Positions 15,653 to 25,000 of a stretch of DNA of 32,000 nt are shown one piece after another (within the stretch, counting starts at the first letter, position 1; each line of letters begins with the position of its first letter). The position numbers and the translations under genes were made by a program. The DNA is taken from positions 1 to 32,000 of the forward strand of contig NZ_JFKD01000024.1 of the NCBI RefSeq assembly GCF_002115725.1, written 5' to 3'. The notes under the pieces were generated by a model, which was not told the DNA's origin, did no database searches, and saw only the letters and a program-made list of their open reading frames with translations. This stretch comes from Marivita cryptomonadis. GTDB lineage: Bacteria; Pseudomonadota; Alphaproteobacteria; Rhodobacterales; Rhodobacteraceae.

Positions 15653-15726
15653 TGGAGGCGAGTACCGGATTTGAACCGGTGTACACGGATTTGCAATCCG
15701 CTGCGTCACCACTCCGCCAACTCGCC
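15653..15726 (-). tRNA. tRNA-Cys (anticodon GCA), 74 nt with encoded CCA
   Basis: Folded by hand. Acceptor GGCGAGU/ACUCGCC, anticodon stem GCGGA/UCCGU, loop UUGCAAA, T arm ACCGG-UUCAAAU-CCGGU, discriminator U, then CCA. Confidence 0.92.
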
Positions 15727-15738
15727 AGAGTGGAGGTC

Positions 15739-15767
15739 TGATTAGGCGGTCGCGGGGGGCGCGTCAA
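15739..15767 (-). promoter_or_regulatory. Sigma70-like promoter for tRNA-Cys: TTGACG-N17-TAATCA
   Basis: Hexamers and the 17-nt spacer read directly. The -10 element ends 12 nt before the tRNA 5' end. Confidence 0.5.
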
Positions 15768-15888
15768 GCGGATATCGGATGTGCAATTCAACACAGCATG
15801 TGGCAGTATTTCGCGCGATCTGCGCATTGCTGAAATTGGTCAGCTGTGGCAGAACGCCAGCAGCGAACTGAACGGATGAGTTTAGCCC

Positions 15889-16542
15889 ATGACAGACTTT
15901 GCCGCCCGCCGGACCATGATGGTCGACACGCAGGTACGTCCCTCCGATGTGACCAAATTTCCGATCATCGACGCTATGCTGTCGGTCCCACGGGAACTTT
16001 TTGTGCCGCGCGAACAGGCAGAGGCGGCTTACATCAGCGAGAACGTGCCGATTGCGCCCGGCCGGGTCGTGCTTGAACCGCGCACTCTGGGAAAGCTCTT
16101 GGATGCGCTCAACATTGAGAGCGATGAGCTCGTGCTCGATATCGGGGCGGGGTACGGCTATTCCTCGGCACTGGTCGCGCGGATGGCCGAAGCGGTGATC
16201 GCGGTCGAAGAGGATGAAGCCTTGGCCAGCGAAGCGCAGGTCATCCTTTCGGAGCAGGGTGCCGATAATGTCGTTTTGCATACCGGGCTGCTCACCGAAG
16301 GGGCCGCACAACATGGTCCGTATGACGCGATGCTGATCGAAGGCGGAGTCGAGCAGGTGCCCGACGCGCTGCTCGAACAGCTCAAGGATGGTGGTCGGAT
16401 CGGCTGTGTCTTCATGGAAGGTGCACTGGGCGTTGTCAGAATCGGCTATAAGATTGATGGTAACGTCACGTGGCGTTTTGCGTTCAACGCATCCGCGCCG
16501 GTTCTACTGGGCTTTGCGAAAAAAGCTGCGTTCACATTGTAA
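15889..16542 (+). CDS. pcm: Protein-L-isoaspartate O-methyltransferase family protein
   Basis: [18 protein letters not shown] motif. A pcm-like gene followed by tolC is the usual alphaproteobacterial arrangement. Confidence 0.85.
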   Translation: MTDFAARRTMMVDTQVRPSDVTKFPIIDAMLSVPRELFVPREQAEAAYISENVPIAPGRVVLEPRTLGKLLDALNIESDELVLDIGAGYGYSSALVARMAEAVIAVEEDEALASEAQVILSEQGADNVVLHTGLLTEGAAQHGPYDAMLIEGGVEQVPDALLEQLKDGGRIGCVFMEGALGVVRIGYKIDGNVTWRFAFNASAPVLLGFAKKAAFTL

Positions 16543-16594
16543 TTGCGCCGTTTAAAACAAATAAATACAGACAGATCAACAAGGGGCAGCAGGT

Positions 16595-18004
16595 ATGGTG
16601 AAGCGGTTGAAACTGACGGGTCTGGCTGTCGCTCTAGGTCTTGTGATTGCGGCTCCAATGGCGCGGGCCGAAACTCTGGCCGATGCGATGATCGGGGCCT
16701 ACAACACCAGCGGTCTTCTTGAACAAAACCGCGCTGTCTTGCGTGCTGCCGATGAAGATGTCGCGCAGGCTGTTTCATCTTTGCGCCCGGTGATCTCTTG
16801 GTCTGCGGATGCCACCCGCCAATTCGGCACCACCCGCAGCGCATCGACCAGCAATTTTATCGTACCGACGGTGTCGAACACCGTGTCGGCAAGCCTGATC
16901 GCGGAACTGACGCTGATCGACAACGGCCAAAACAAACTCGCCATCGAAACCGCCAAGGAAGCCGTGCTGGCCACACGCCAGCAGCTTGTCTCGATCGAGC
17001 AGCAGGTTCTGTTGTCGGCGGTTGAGGCACATCTCGAGGTGCGCCGCGCGATTGAAAACGTCGCCCTGCGGGAAAACAACGTGCGCCTGATCACCCAAGA
17101 ACTGCGCGCCGCTCAAGAGCGGTTCGAAGTGGGGGAAGTCACCCGCACCGACACCTCTTTGGCCGAGGCGCGCCTTGCAGCCGCTCGCAGCCAGTTGGCC
17201 GCCGCACAAGGCGCGTTGACCGTGGCCCGAGAGCAATACCTCGCCATCGTTGGCCGCACGCCCGGTGCGTTGCAGCCGCTGCGCAGCCTGCCGCAATTCC
17301 CGACATCCGTGGACGAGGCCAAGGCGATTGCTGTGCGCAGCCATCCGCAGGTCAAATCCGTTCAGCACCAGGTTGCCGCCTCGGAACTCAACATCCTGCG
17401 CGCCGAAGCGGCGATGAAACCGACAGTGCGCTTGTCTGGTCGGCTGACCGTGACTGAAGGTCTCGACTCCGACCGGTTCACGCGTGGCGGATCGATCGGG
17501 CTCGAAGCTGGCGGTCCCATCTATCAGGGCGGGCGTCTGACTTCGCTGGTTCGGCAATCCATGGCCAACCGCGATTCGGCGCGCGGCCAGTTGCATCAGG
17601 TGATTGATCAGGTGTCGCAGAATGTCGGCAACGCCTATGCGCAGTTCCGCATTGCTCAGGCCAGCCTCGAATCGTCAGACCGTCAGGTGCGCGCGGCCAC
17701 CGTCGCATTTCGTGGTGTTCGCGAGGAAGCAGCGCTTGGCGCACGCACCACGCTGGACGTGCTGAACGCCGAACAGGAACTGCTGAATGCGCGGTCCGCC
17801 CGAATTTCTGCGCAAGTGGACGAAGGGATTGCGGCCTATCGCGTGTTGTCCACGCTGGGACGTCTCACCGCGACCGATTTGAAGTTGAACGTGCAGCAAT
17901 ACGACCCCGTAAGCTATTACAATCTGGTCAAAGATGGCCCGATTCAGAAAAGCCAGCAGGGCCAGCAGCTTGACCGTGTTCTCAAGGCCCTAGGAAAAAA
18001 CTAA
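16595..18004 (+). CDS. tolC: TolC-family outer membrane efflux protein
   Basis: Signal peptide LVIAAPMARAETL. Repeated coiled/beta halves with a typical TolC N-terminus (LADAMIGAYNTSGLLEQNRA). Confidence 0.9.
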   Translation: MVKRLKLTGLAVALGLVIAAPMARAETLADAMIGAYNTSGLLEQNRAVLRAADEDVAQAVSSLRPVISWSADATRQFGTTRSASTSNFIVPTVSNTVSASLIAELTLIDNGQNKLAIETAKEAVLATRQQLVSIEQQVLLSAVEAHLEVRRAIENVALRENNVRLITQELRAAQERFEVGEVTRTDTSLAEARLAAARSQLAAAQGALTVAREQYLAIVGRTPGALQPLRSLPQFPTSVDEAKAIAVRSHPQVKSVQHQVAASELNILRAEAAMKPTVRLSGRLTVTEGLDSDRFTRGGSIGLEAGGPIYQGGRLTSLVRQSMANRDSARGQLHQVIDQVSQNVGNAYAQFRIAQASLESSDRQVRAATVAFRGVREEAALGARTTLDVLNAEQELLNARSARISAQVDEGIAAYRVLSTLGRLTATDLKLNVQQYDPVSYYNLVKDGPIQKSQQGQQLDRVLKALGKN

Positions 18005-18073
18005 GTTTTTGCTCATCTGTTGTGTGAAACGCTGCACCAAGCTACTTTGTCGTCGAGGTAGTAGTGGTGAACC

Positions 18074-19279
18074 ATGTCTAATCCCGTGACAAATGTGGAA
18101 ATCGAGGATGTTCTGTCATCCATTCGCAAGCTCGTCGCGGAAGAGGTGCGTGCAACGCCGGTTGCGCGCAAGCCTGAAAAAACCAGTCGTTTGATCCTGA
18201 CTGCGGCGCAACGGGTGCGGGACGACACTCCCGAACCATCCCCCGCGCCAGAGCCGGTTCTTCTGACGCAGCCCATCCTCCCGCAGGACGACCCCGCCGA
18301 AGAGCTCGCGATTGACGATATTCCCGGAGATGCCCGGCTTGCTGATTTTGGCGCGGTTGAAGGCGCGTTTCCCGACATCGACGAGGTTGAGATGCGGGAC
18401 ACACAAGACGACACGTCCGAGCAGCCCTCAGACGTATGGGACGACGCGCAAAGCGACGAGGACGTGGTCGCGCAGGATACGGCGCATGACGCGTCTGGCA
18501 GCATGGACCCGCGCAGCGAACTCAGTCGTCTGATCGAAGAAGAAGTATCTGCCGCCTTGGCGCTGTCTCAGGACGAGGACGACGACAGCTCCAATGCCGA
18601 GGAACCGCAAGGCTGGCAAGACGACTCAGATGAAAAATGGTCAATCGAAGAGGACGGGCCCAGCGATCATGACGATGCGGTAACGCCCCATGATGATGCA
18701 GCGCTCCAAGCCGACGACCCTGAGGCATGGGAAGACGACGCGGCGTGGCACAACATTGAAGAAGTCGCCCGTGTTGACGGCGGCGACTCGGCCCCTGCCT
18801 CCGAAGAGGGGCACGCATCACCTGCGCTTCTGACACTGGAAGACAAAGTTGCGGCTTTGGGTCGTCTGGTCGCCCGCGACAGCCAGGAATTCGAGGAAGA
18901 GCGTGACCGCCCCGATGCGGACGAACTTTCCGCGATTGCCGAACCAATGACATGGCCTGACGCGCCGTTCGAAGAGGTGGAGGAAGAACCTGCCTCGCAC
19001 GAGTCGAACGTCTTGCACGCACAGGATGCGTGGCCGCAGCAGAACAGCTATGACGCCCCCGATCCTGTTGCTGAGCAGGTGGATACAGCGGCTTTGCAAA
19101 CCGTCGACATGGACGACCATGCAGCGCTTGAAATCGACGAGGAAACGCTGCGCCTAATGGTGGTCGAGATTGTCCGGCAGGAATTGCAGGGCGCGTTGGG
19201 CGAACGGATCACGCGGAATGTGCGCAAACTGGTACGCCGCGAGATCCACCGCATGCTGATTTCGCAAGAGCTTGACTGA
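18074..19279 (+). CDS. DUF2497-like, highly acidic protein
   Basis: N-terminal EDVLSSIRKLV and a C-terminal basic helix (RNVRKLVRREIHRML). Positioned after tolC. Long Asp/Glu-rich low-complexity core. Confidence 0.7.
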   Translation: MSNPVTNVEIEDVLSSIRKLVAEEVRATPVARKPEKTSRLILTAAQRVRDDTPEPSPAPEPVLLTQPILPQDDPAEELAIDDIPGDARLADFGAVEGAFPDIDEVEMRDTQDDTSEQPSDVWDDAQSDEDVVAQDTAHDASGSMDPRSELSRLIEEEVSAALALSQDEDDDSSNAEEPQGWQDDSDEKWSIEEDGPSDHDDAVTPHDDAALQADDPEAWEDDAAWHNIEEVARVDGGDSAPASEEGHASPALLTLEDKVAALGRLVARDSQEFEEERDRPDADELSAIAEPMTWPDAPFEEVEEEPASHESNVLHAQDAWPQQNSYDAPDPVAEQVDTAALQTVDMDDHAALEIDEETLRLMVVEIVRQELQGALGERITRNVRKLVRREIHRMLISQELD

Positions 19280-19333
19280 GCGCGTTGTATGTTCGGGGCC
19301 AGCCCGATCAAAGAATAGCGCCAGTGTCCAAAC

Positions 19334-19366
19334 AAAAAAACGCGCCCAATAAAGGGCGCGCTTTTA
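19334..19366. terminator. Bidirectional intrinsic terminator
   Basis: AAAAAAA-CGCGCCC-aataaa-GGGCGCG-CTTTT between convergent genes. Confidence 0.8.
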
Positions 19367-19383
19367 CAAATAAGTTCAGTAGT

Positions 19384-19704
19384 TTATGCAGCTTCGGCTT
19401 GCTGGGCAGCATTGCGGCGTTCGCTTTCTTCGCGCGACAGCGCAACCGAGGTGCGGACACCCTTGCCGACAAATTCCATCAATCCCGAGACAACGCGTTC
19501 GTTCGGGTCAATGCCCGCGCAGCTTAGCACTTCACGGCCGTCGCGGGACCGCGCCCAACGGGCGATCTGCTCGGGGCCATTGCCATATTTTTTGTCATCT
19601 GCGATCGCGTCATCCAATGCGGCAAGAACCACGGCAGCAAAAAGCTTGCGCGCGCGATTACCTTGCTCAGCGTTGAAGGCGGTACCGTCAACGAAATCTT
19701 TCAT
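19384..19704 (-). CDS. Hypothetical protein (~106 aa)
   Basis: Track ORF trimmed to the ATG at 19704 (MKDFVDGTAF), which has AGGA upstream. Confidence 0.5.
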   Translation of the reverse strand: MKDFVDGTAFNAEQGNRARKLFAAVVLAALDDAIADDKKYGNGPEQIARWARSRDGREVLSCAGIDPNERVVSGLMEFVGKGVRTSVALSREESERRNAAQQAEAA

Positions 19705-19919
19705 GATCCGTCCTGTGATTATTGCTCTTGTGTTTTCCGGCGTGGAGTTGCTTATGGCGCATTCCAAACGATTCGGATACCCTAGTTTTGCATACCTTTT
19801 ATGCGAAAACTGCATGGCTTGCCGCGGATGCGGAACGAAATCTGGTTGTCTGGACAGCGTATCATCACCCAGATATAGGGGCAGCCAAAGTTGGATCAAC
19901 CTTTTGACAAAGTTTAGCC

Positions 19920-20483
19920 ATGCCCAAAATCAACGGTAACGAAATCCGCCCCGGTAACGTATTGGAACATAACGGTGGTCTCTGGGCCGCTGTGAAGGTC
20001 GACCATGTGAAACCCGGCAAAGGTGGTGCCTTCGCACAGGTGGAAATGAAAAACCTGCGCAACGGTTCCAAGCTCAACGAGCGCTTCCGCTCTGCCGATA
20101 AGGTGGAACGCGTGCGGCTTGAGCAGAAGGACATGCAGTTCCTTTACGAAACTGACGGCAATCTGGTGTTCATGGACACCGACACCTACGACCAAGTCGA
20201 ACTGCCTGCTGACATTCTGGGCGAACGCCGTCCGTTCCTGCAAGACGGCATGACCATCCTCGTGGAATTCCACGAGGCGGAGGCGCTCAACGCGACGCTG
20301 CCGCAGAAGGTCACCTGCAAGATCGAAGAGACCGAGCCGGTCGTCAAAGGTCAGACCGCTGCCAACAGCTTCAAACCTGCGATCCTCGATAATGGGGTCA
20401 AAGTCATGGTGCCGCCGTTTGTGGGGCAGGACGAGATGATCATCGTCAACACCGAAACCATGGAATATTCCGAGCGCGCCTGA
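19920..20483 (+). CDS. efp: Elongation factor P
   Basis: 187 aa with [17 protein letters not shown] and KVMVPPFV signatures. Confidence 0.95.
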   Translation: MPKINGNEIRPGNVLEHNGGLWAAVKVDHVKPGKGGAFAQVEMKNLRNGSKLNERFRSADKVERVRLEQKDMQFLYETDGNLVFMDTDTYDQVELPADILGERRPFLQDGMTILVEFHEAEALNATLPQKVTCKIEETEPVVKGQTAANSFKPAILDNGVKVMVPPFVGQDEMIIVNTETMEYSERA

Positions 20484-20536
20484 TCTCGGGACTCGCGCGC
20501 ATATCCCCCGAAATCGCCGGGGGATGATAAAAGATC

Positions 20537-20572
20537 AAAAGGCCTCCGGCATCAGTCAGGAGGCCTTTTCTT
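20537..20572 (+). terminator. Intrinsic terminator after efp
   Basis: AAAAGGCCTCC-loop-GGAGGCCTTTTCTT. Confidence 0.8.
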
Positions 20573-21046
20573 ATGCAAGTTCTCACCAAAGACGACATTC
20601 CCGACATGGTGCCGCTGTTTCGTGCGTTGCACCGCCATCACGTGGCGGCCTTGCCCGACGTGTTTCATGATGAGGGAACCGACGACGAATTCGCCGACCA
20701 TCTGGCGCATCTGTTCGACGATTGCGGCGCAGCGGTTGGTGTCCGGCATAGCGGACGGCTGATGGGCTACGCACTGTACCTTATTCAAGAGCGTCCTGCG
20801 GATGCGTTCCGCCGCCCTGTGAGGCGCGCGTATCTCGATCATCTCTTTGTCGCAGAACCCCATCGCGGGGCGGGGCATGCCACCGCGATGATCGCAGCAA
20901 TGGAGACGCGGTTTGCGGCGCAGGGGATCGGGGCGTGGACCGCGTCACATTATGCGTTCAACGCGGATGTTGCGCGCACGTTTGCGGCTGTGGGCGCGCA
21001 TCCCGATCTTGTGCGGGTGGCAAAGCCGGCTACGGGCGCAAGGTAA
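20573..21046 (+). CDS. GNAT-family N-acetyltransferase
   Basis: 157 aa. Acetyl-CoA motif A-like LFVAEPHRGAGHATAMI. Confidence 0.75.
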   Translation: MQVLTKDDIPDMVPLFRALHRHHVAALPDVFHDEGTDDEFADHLAHLFDDCGAAVGVRHSGRLMGYALYLIQERPADAFRRPVRRAYLDHLFVAEPHRGAGHATAMIAAMETRFAAQGIGAWTASHYAFNADVARTFAAVGAHPDLVRVAKPATGAR

Positions 21047-21384
21047 GTCGAAAACGCCAAGCGCGTCTGAACGCGCGTCCAAGACCTTTGCAAAGGTCTT
21101 GGCACCGAACGCTTCGTTTTCCTGTGATTAACCCACGCTGCGCCATACCCGTTCGCACGGTGCGCACCGAGCGGGAAGGGTCACTCCCATGCCGCGACAC
21201 AGACATCTGACCAACGTGACGCGTGACGGCGTCGACCAACCAGAGATATATCTTGCCGGGGCATCGCCCCACAGGTCGCGGGGGTAACCTCGACACGAAA
21301 AACCCAGTTGTCGACCTCCGGGGCGGCGCCGCTTCCACGACACATCAAACCTGAACCCCTGCCGGGACACACCCGCGCGGGGTT

Positions 21385-22134
21385 TCAGGCGTGGGGTGCG
21401 TCGGGCGTGAACCGCACGGTGGCGCCAGCTGCCCGCATGTCGTCATTGGCCCTGTCAAAGCGCAGATAGGCCAATCCCTGCCCAGCGGCTTGGGTGAAAA
21501 GCGTGCCAGCCGCCTTTTCCCCGGCAACGATGTCTGACCCGACAGGGGCCATGCCATCGACAGTGACCCTCGCCAATCCCTTGCGCAGCTCGGTCTTGTG
21601 TTTCATCCGCGCCGTGACTTCCTGTCCGACATAACAGCCCTTGCGAAAATCGACGCCGTTCAGACGTTCAAACCCCATCTCAAGGATGAAACTGTCTGTG
21701 GTCAGCTCGATACCGCTTTGCGGCACACAGGCCGCCACGCGCACGGCATCCCAATCGACGCCTGCATCCCCCGGCTGTCCGTCATAGCCGCGCCAGCCCA
21801 TCGCCGGATCGCGCGGGTCGGCAAAGGCTCCCTCCGGTGCATCGCCCAAGCCCCGTGTCACAACGCGATCTGTCTCTTCGATCTCGACCGCGGACCGCAA
21901 TTTGTACATGGTCAATGCCTGCTTAAGACCAGGGGCCAAGCCATTGTCCACATCCAGCAGAATTGCATCGCCCATCGGCACGAGAAAGAAGTCGGCCCGG
22001 TACTTGCCCTGCGGCGTCAGCATCGCTGCATAGACCAGACCCTGATCCAGCCGGTCGACATCATTCGTGACCAGCCCTTGCAGGAAATGCCGTGCATCCG
22101 CGCCGCTGATCTTGAGAACCGTTCGATCCGACAT
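21385..22134 (-). CDS. ygfZ: YgfZ/CAF17-family folate-binding protein
   Basis: KGCYVGQE signature. GGGGG lies upstream of the ATG at 22134. The track ORF is extended to 22254. Confidence 0.85.
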   Translation of the reverse strand: MSDRTVLKISGADARHFLQGLVTNDVDRLDQGLVYAAMLTPQGKYRADFFLVPMGDAILLDVDNGLAPGLKQALTMYKLRSAVEIEETDRVVTRGLGDAPEGAFADPRDPAMGWRGYDGQPGDAGVDWDAVRVAACVPQSGIELTTDSFILEMGFERLNGVDFRKGCYVGQEVTARMKHKTELRKGLARVTVDGMAPVGSDIVAGEKAAGTLFTQAAGQGLAYLRFDRANDDMRAAGATVRFTPDAPHA

Positions 22135-22192
22135 ATCGCCCCCTGACTGTGTTCTCGTCAGAGATAACCGCCCTGTAGTCGGGTGCAAGGGG

Positions 22193-22765
22193 TCAGGCAG
22201 TGGCGGGCGCCCCAAGAACTTGCCGCGACAGGATGCGGTCCAGCGACAGCGCACCTGCGCCCTTGATCACCAGTGTGACAAGGATCAGCATCCAGAACGC
22301 CCGTTGATCCAGGATCACGCTGTCCGGCACTCTGTCGAACCACGCCCCCAGCGTTTCCGCATGTTCGATGCCGCCATGCCCGTAGAGGTCTGTCAGGGAT
22401 TGCACGACCACGAATCCGATCATCCCCAGCGCTGCCAAACGCGTGAACAGCCCGATCACTATCAGCAAGGGAAGGATGAATTCGGCCCAGGTGCCTGCCA
22501 GGACAACGGCCCAGTGAAAAACCCCAAGCTGCGACACATCATAGACCACCGCCTCCATCTGTTTTGGAAAGACTTGCGCGTAAGCCCCTGTAGAGGGGAT
22601 GAAAATTCCCATGATCCCGTCACCCAGTTTGGTCATGGCGGAAGACCAGAAATACATCAGCAGCGTGGCTGCAAATACGAACCGTGCCAGAAGCGGGACC
22701 AGACTGTCGAACAGGCGTTCGATTGGCGCAAAGATGGATGTGTGCAGGAAGATCAGGCGGTCCAT
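22193..22765 (-). CDS. DoxX-family membrane protein (last gene of the bufferin-type operon)
   Basis: 190 aa with four hydrophobic helices. Positioned after the DUF2063 gene. Confidence 0.75.
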   Translation of the reverse strand: MDRLIFLHTSIFAPIERLFDSLVPLLARFVFAATLLMYFWSSAMTKLGDGIMGIFIPSTGAYAQVFPKQMEAVVYDVSQLGVFHWAVVLAGTWAEFILPLLIVIGLFTRLAALGMIGFVVVQSLTDLYGHGGIEHAETLGAWFDRVPDSVILDQRAFWMLILVTLVIKGAGALSLDRILSRQVLGAPATA

Positions 22766-22791
22766 GGTGGCGGCCTTTCGTTTGGAAAATG

Positions 22792-23526
22792 TCAGCTTTT
22801 CAAGTCGGTTATCGCGTGGTTCGAAAGCAGGATGTTAAGCAGCGCGGCAAGATCGAACCCATCGCCGCCCTGTTCGATGGCAGGGCCGAACGGAGTACCG
22901 GAGCGCAATGCAAGCAGCACATCGCCCGCGCCGGGACCCAGCACAAACGGCTCTGGATCGTATTCCGCGCGCAGGATCAGAACGTCCTCCGCGTGGCCTG
23001 TCGGTTTGTGGCCGCCGCGCAAGGTATAGTGCCAGATCGATCCGATGGGCCAAGGTGACCGGATCAGGATCATGGATGGCGCAAAGCTGAAGCGGGTGGC
23101 CAGCAGCGTGTCCTCATCCAGCGCCTGCAAGGCGGTGGGAGCGATGCCGGTGCTGTCCGCGGCGTGGTAGCTTTGGCGCATCGCAACGTCGATCCGGGCC
23201 ACGTCTGCGAGGTAGGGCAGATGCGCAAGCTGATCGAGCGAGGCCACGAATTCGGGGAAACCTGCCCCGTAATGCATCATCAGTGGCGACGTGGGCGGTG
23301 ATTGGCGTAAATAGGCGCGGGCGACATGGTCGAAATTTTCGCGTCCGATCAGGCCGACAAGGGACGGGAAGCCTTCGGCGAGTGCCTCGCGCAGGGACAC
23401 GGTGACGTTGTTGCGATAGACGCCGTACCGTCGTCCGGCTGGGCGGGCCTGGGCATCGGTCAGCCCGTCGGGCACGGGCGTGGACGGGTTCAGGAGCCCC
23501 GCGTGAAAGGCCGTCTGGTTGGTCAT
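22792..23526 (-). CDS. DUF2063-family protein (BufC/HvfC-like RiPP partner)
   Basis: YGVYRNNV and [10 protein letters not shown] strings. The ATG at 23526 overlaps the upstream stop (ATGA). The track ORF extends to 23607. Confidence 0.75.
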   Translation of the reverse strand: MTNQTAFHAGLLNPSTPVPDGLTDAQARPAGRRYGVYRNNVTVSLREALAEGFPSLVGLIGRENFDHVARAYLRQSPPTSPLMMHYGAGFPEFVASLDQLAHLPYLADVARIDVAMRQSYHAADSTGIAPTALQALDEDTLLATRFSFAPSMILIRSPWPIGSIWHYTLRGGHKPTGHAEDVLILRAEYDPEPFVLGPGAGDVLLALRSGTPFGPAIEQGGDGFDLAALLNILLSNHAITDLKS

Positions 23527-24380
23527 GACGACACGCGTGTCAACGCGGATGCCGCGCGCCGGGCCTCGTCGGCCAGAATGGGCCAGTCGGGTACATCGGT
23601 GTCCCACTCGACCAGCAGCGGCTTGGGGCCGGATTGCGCCAGCGTGTAATCCAAAAGCGCCCAGACAGGGTCCACAACCTCGCGCCCGTGGCTGTCGATC
23701 AACAGGGGCGCGCCGTGGTCGTCTTCGTCTTCGTCATGACCGCCAAGGTGAATTTCCCCAACGGCGTCAAGCGGATAGGCGTCGATATAACCTTGCGGGG
23801 AATAGTCGAGATTGGTTGCGGACACGAACACGTTGTTCACATCCAAGAGCAGGCCACAGCCAGTGCGGCGCACGATCTCGGCCAGAAAATCGGTCTCGGA
23901 ATAGGTGCTTTCCGCAAAGGCCAGATAAGAAGACGGGTTCTCGAGAAGCATCCGACGGCCCAACACGGTCTGCACGTCGTCGATGTGCTCTGCAACGCGC
24001 GTCAGCGTGTCCGACGTGTAGGGCAGCGGCAGCAAGTCGTTCAGGAAATGGCTGTCATGGGTCGACCATGCCAGATGTTCGGAGAAACTGGCCGGGTTAA
24101 GCCAGTCACACAGGTGTTTCAGCCGCCCGAGGTGATCCGGATCCAACCGGCCTTCGCCGCCGATCGACAGGCCGACACCATGCACGGAAATCGGGAAGCG
24201 TTCGGACAGAACACGCAATTGCGCCAAGGGTCGTCCGCCATCGCCCATGTAATTCTCGGCATGCACTTCTAACCAGCCAACCGGGTTCGGATCGTTCAGA
24301 ATGTCGGTGAAGTGCTGCGCTTTGTAGCCAACGCCGGGTAGGGCGGGCAGGTGTGGGAAACTGTGTGACGCATCGGGCAT
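23523..24380 (-). CDS. DUF692 / MNIO (multinuclear non-heme iron oxidative) enzyme, BufB/HvfB-like
   Basis: GVGYKAQHF...WLEVHAENY...[10 protein letters not shown]...SEHLAW...LLENPSSY...EIHLGGH, a UPF0276 pattern. AAGGA lies before the ATG at 24380. The track start at 24401 is a TTG. Confidence 0.85.
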   Translation of the reverse strand: MPDASHSFPHLPALPGVGYKAQHFTDILNDPNPVGWLEVHAENYMGDGGRPLAQLRVLSERFPISVHGVGLSIGGEGRLDPDHLGRLKHLCDWLNPASFSEHLAWSTHDSHFLNDLLPLPYTSDTLTRVAEHIDDVQTVLGRRMLLENPSSYLAFAESTYSETDFLAEIVRRTGCGLLLDVNNVFVSATNLDYSPQGYIDAYPLDAVGEIHLGGHDEDEDDHGAPLLIDSHGREVVDPVWALLDYTLAQSGPKPLLVEWDTDVPDWPILADEARRAASALTRVSS

Positions 24381-24464
24381 GGTGATGTCCTTGTGGTGCA
24401 AGCCGGACAGGCGCCCGGCTTGCGTATTGTGCTTGGGGGGACCGTCTTGCCCCCCGCAAAGCGA

Positions 24465-24767
24465 TCAGCCCGGCAGGTCGCGGTTCAGCTCTTCGAGCGA
24501 ACCCATGCGTGCGGAGCCATCGGCCATCGCGGGCAGTTCGATTTCGCCGCAGGTGCCCGCGTCGACCAGTGTCCATGCGTTGCCCTGGTAGTCAACAGTG
24601 GAGGAGCCAGCGCAGGTTGTGCCCGGGCCAGCGGCACAGTCGTTCTGACCGGCGAGGGACACACCAAAGCACTTTTCCTTGGCTTGGGCGGTGGCGGTTG
24701 TTGTGTGCGCGGCGAGGCTTGCTGCGACTGCACCAACGATCGCAACGGTTTTAAGAGCTTTCGACAT
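24465..24767 (-). CDS. DUF2282-family Sec-exported Cys-containing RiPP precursor (bufferin/HvfA-like)
   Basis: Signal peptide ending ATAQA, then [27 protein letters not shown]...GTCGE with 4 Cys. Lies first in the operon with the MNIO gene. Confidence 0.8.
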   Translation of the reverse strand: MSKALKTVAIVGAVAASLAAHTTTATAQAKEKCFGVSLAGQNDCAAGPGTTCAGSSTVDYQGNAWTLVDAGTCGEIELPAMADGSARMGSLEELNRDLPG

Positions 24768-24939
24768 GAGGATGGTCCTTTTGGTTACTTAACAAGTTGA
24801 ACTGGGTCGACAGAGCCTGTGCAACGTCGATGAACCAACCATGCCCCGCGGCAGGCTGTCGCGCTATTCACGGCGGTGTGTTTCACGCGGGCGTGACGTA
24901 GGGTGAACTTCTTGAGCCGAGTTTTCACTGCGTTTTCAA

Positions 24940-24975
24940 TAAAATAAAAAAGGCCCCGTAACAAAACGGGGCCTT
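24940..24975 (-). terminator. Intrinsic terminator of thrS
   Basis: On the minus strand: AGGCCCCG-ttttgtta-CGGGGCCT followed by TTTTTTATTTTATT. Confidence 0.85.
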
Positions 24976-25000
24976 TGTGAAAGTTTCCTGCGCGGGAATG

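Larger units (their letters stand above)
6175..15696. mobile_element. AT-rich genomic island B (~9.5 kb) integrated in the 3' end of tRNA-Cys
   Basis: 44-nt direct repeats at both ends. An integrase lies next to the intact tRNA. Base composition drops abruptly compared with both flanks. Confidence 0.8.

Noticed and set aside
15742-16314. 190-aa minus-strand ORF next to the tRNA
   Set aside because: It is antisense to pcm and would run through the tRNA promoter.
16775-17596. 273-aa minus-strand ORF inside tolC, along with other antisense ORFs at 16699..17094 and 17113..17355
   Set aside because: It is an Arg/Gly/Ala-rich shadow ORF antisense to a clearly recognisable TolC gene. Such ORFs are typical of high-GC DNA.
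18074-19279. The very acidic low-complexity protein as something novel
   Set aside because: Its conserved N- and C-terminal ends and its position after tolC fit the common alphaproteobacterial DUF2497 family.
19705-19899. Long N-terminal extensions in track ORFs. This one, plus 22135..22254, 23527..23607, 29196..29309, 30617..30670, 27193..27288, 12226..12291 and 4461..4493
   Set aside because: In each case an internal ATG has a better Shine-Dalgarno, or gives ATGA coupling, or matches where the conserved domain begins. The extensions would also overlap neighbouring genes or regulatory regions.
21047-21384. A ~340-bp GC-rich gap between GNAT and ygfZ, considered as a possible sRNA or 6S-like RNA because of local hairpins (for example GTCGACCAAC...GTTGTCGAC and AACCCC...GGGGTT)
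   Set aside because: GC-rich DNA gives such pairings by chance. I could not derive a convincing promoter, terminator or known RNA family fold by hand, and it would need a covariance-model scan.
22067-23029. 320-aa plus-strand ORF
   Set aside because: It is antisense to the ygfZ, DoxX and DUF2063 genes, and its composition is that of a shadow ORF.
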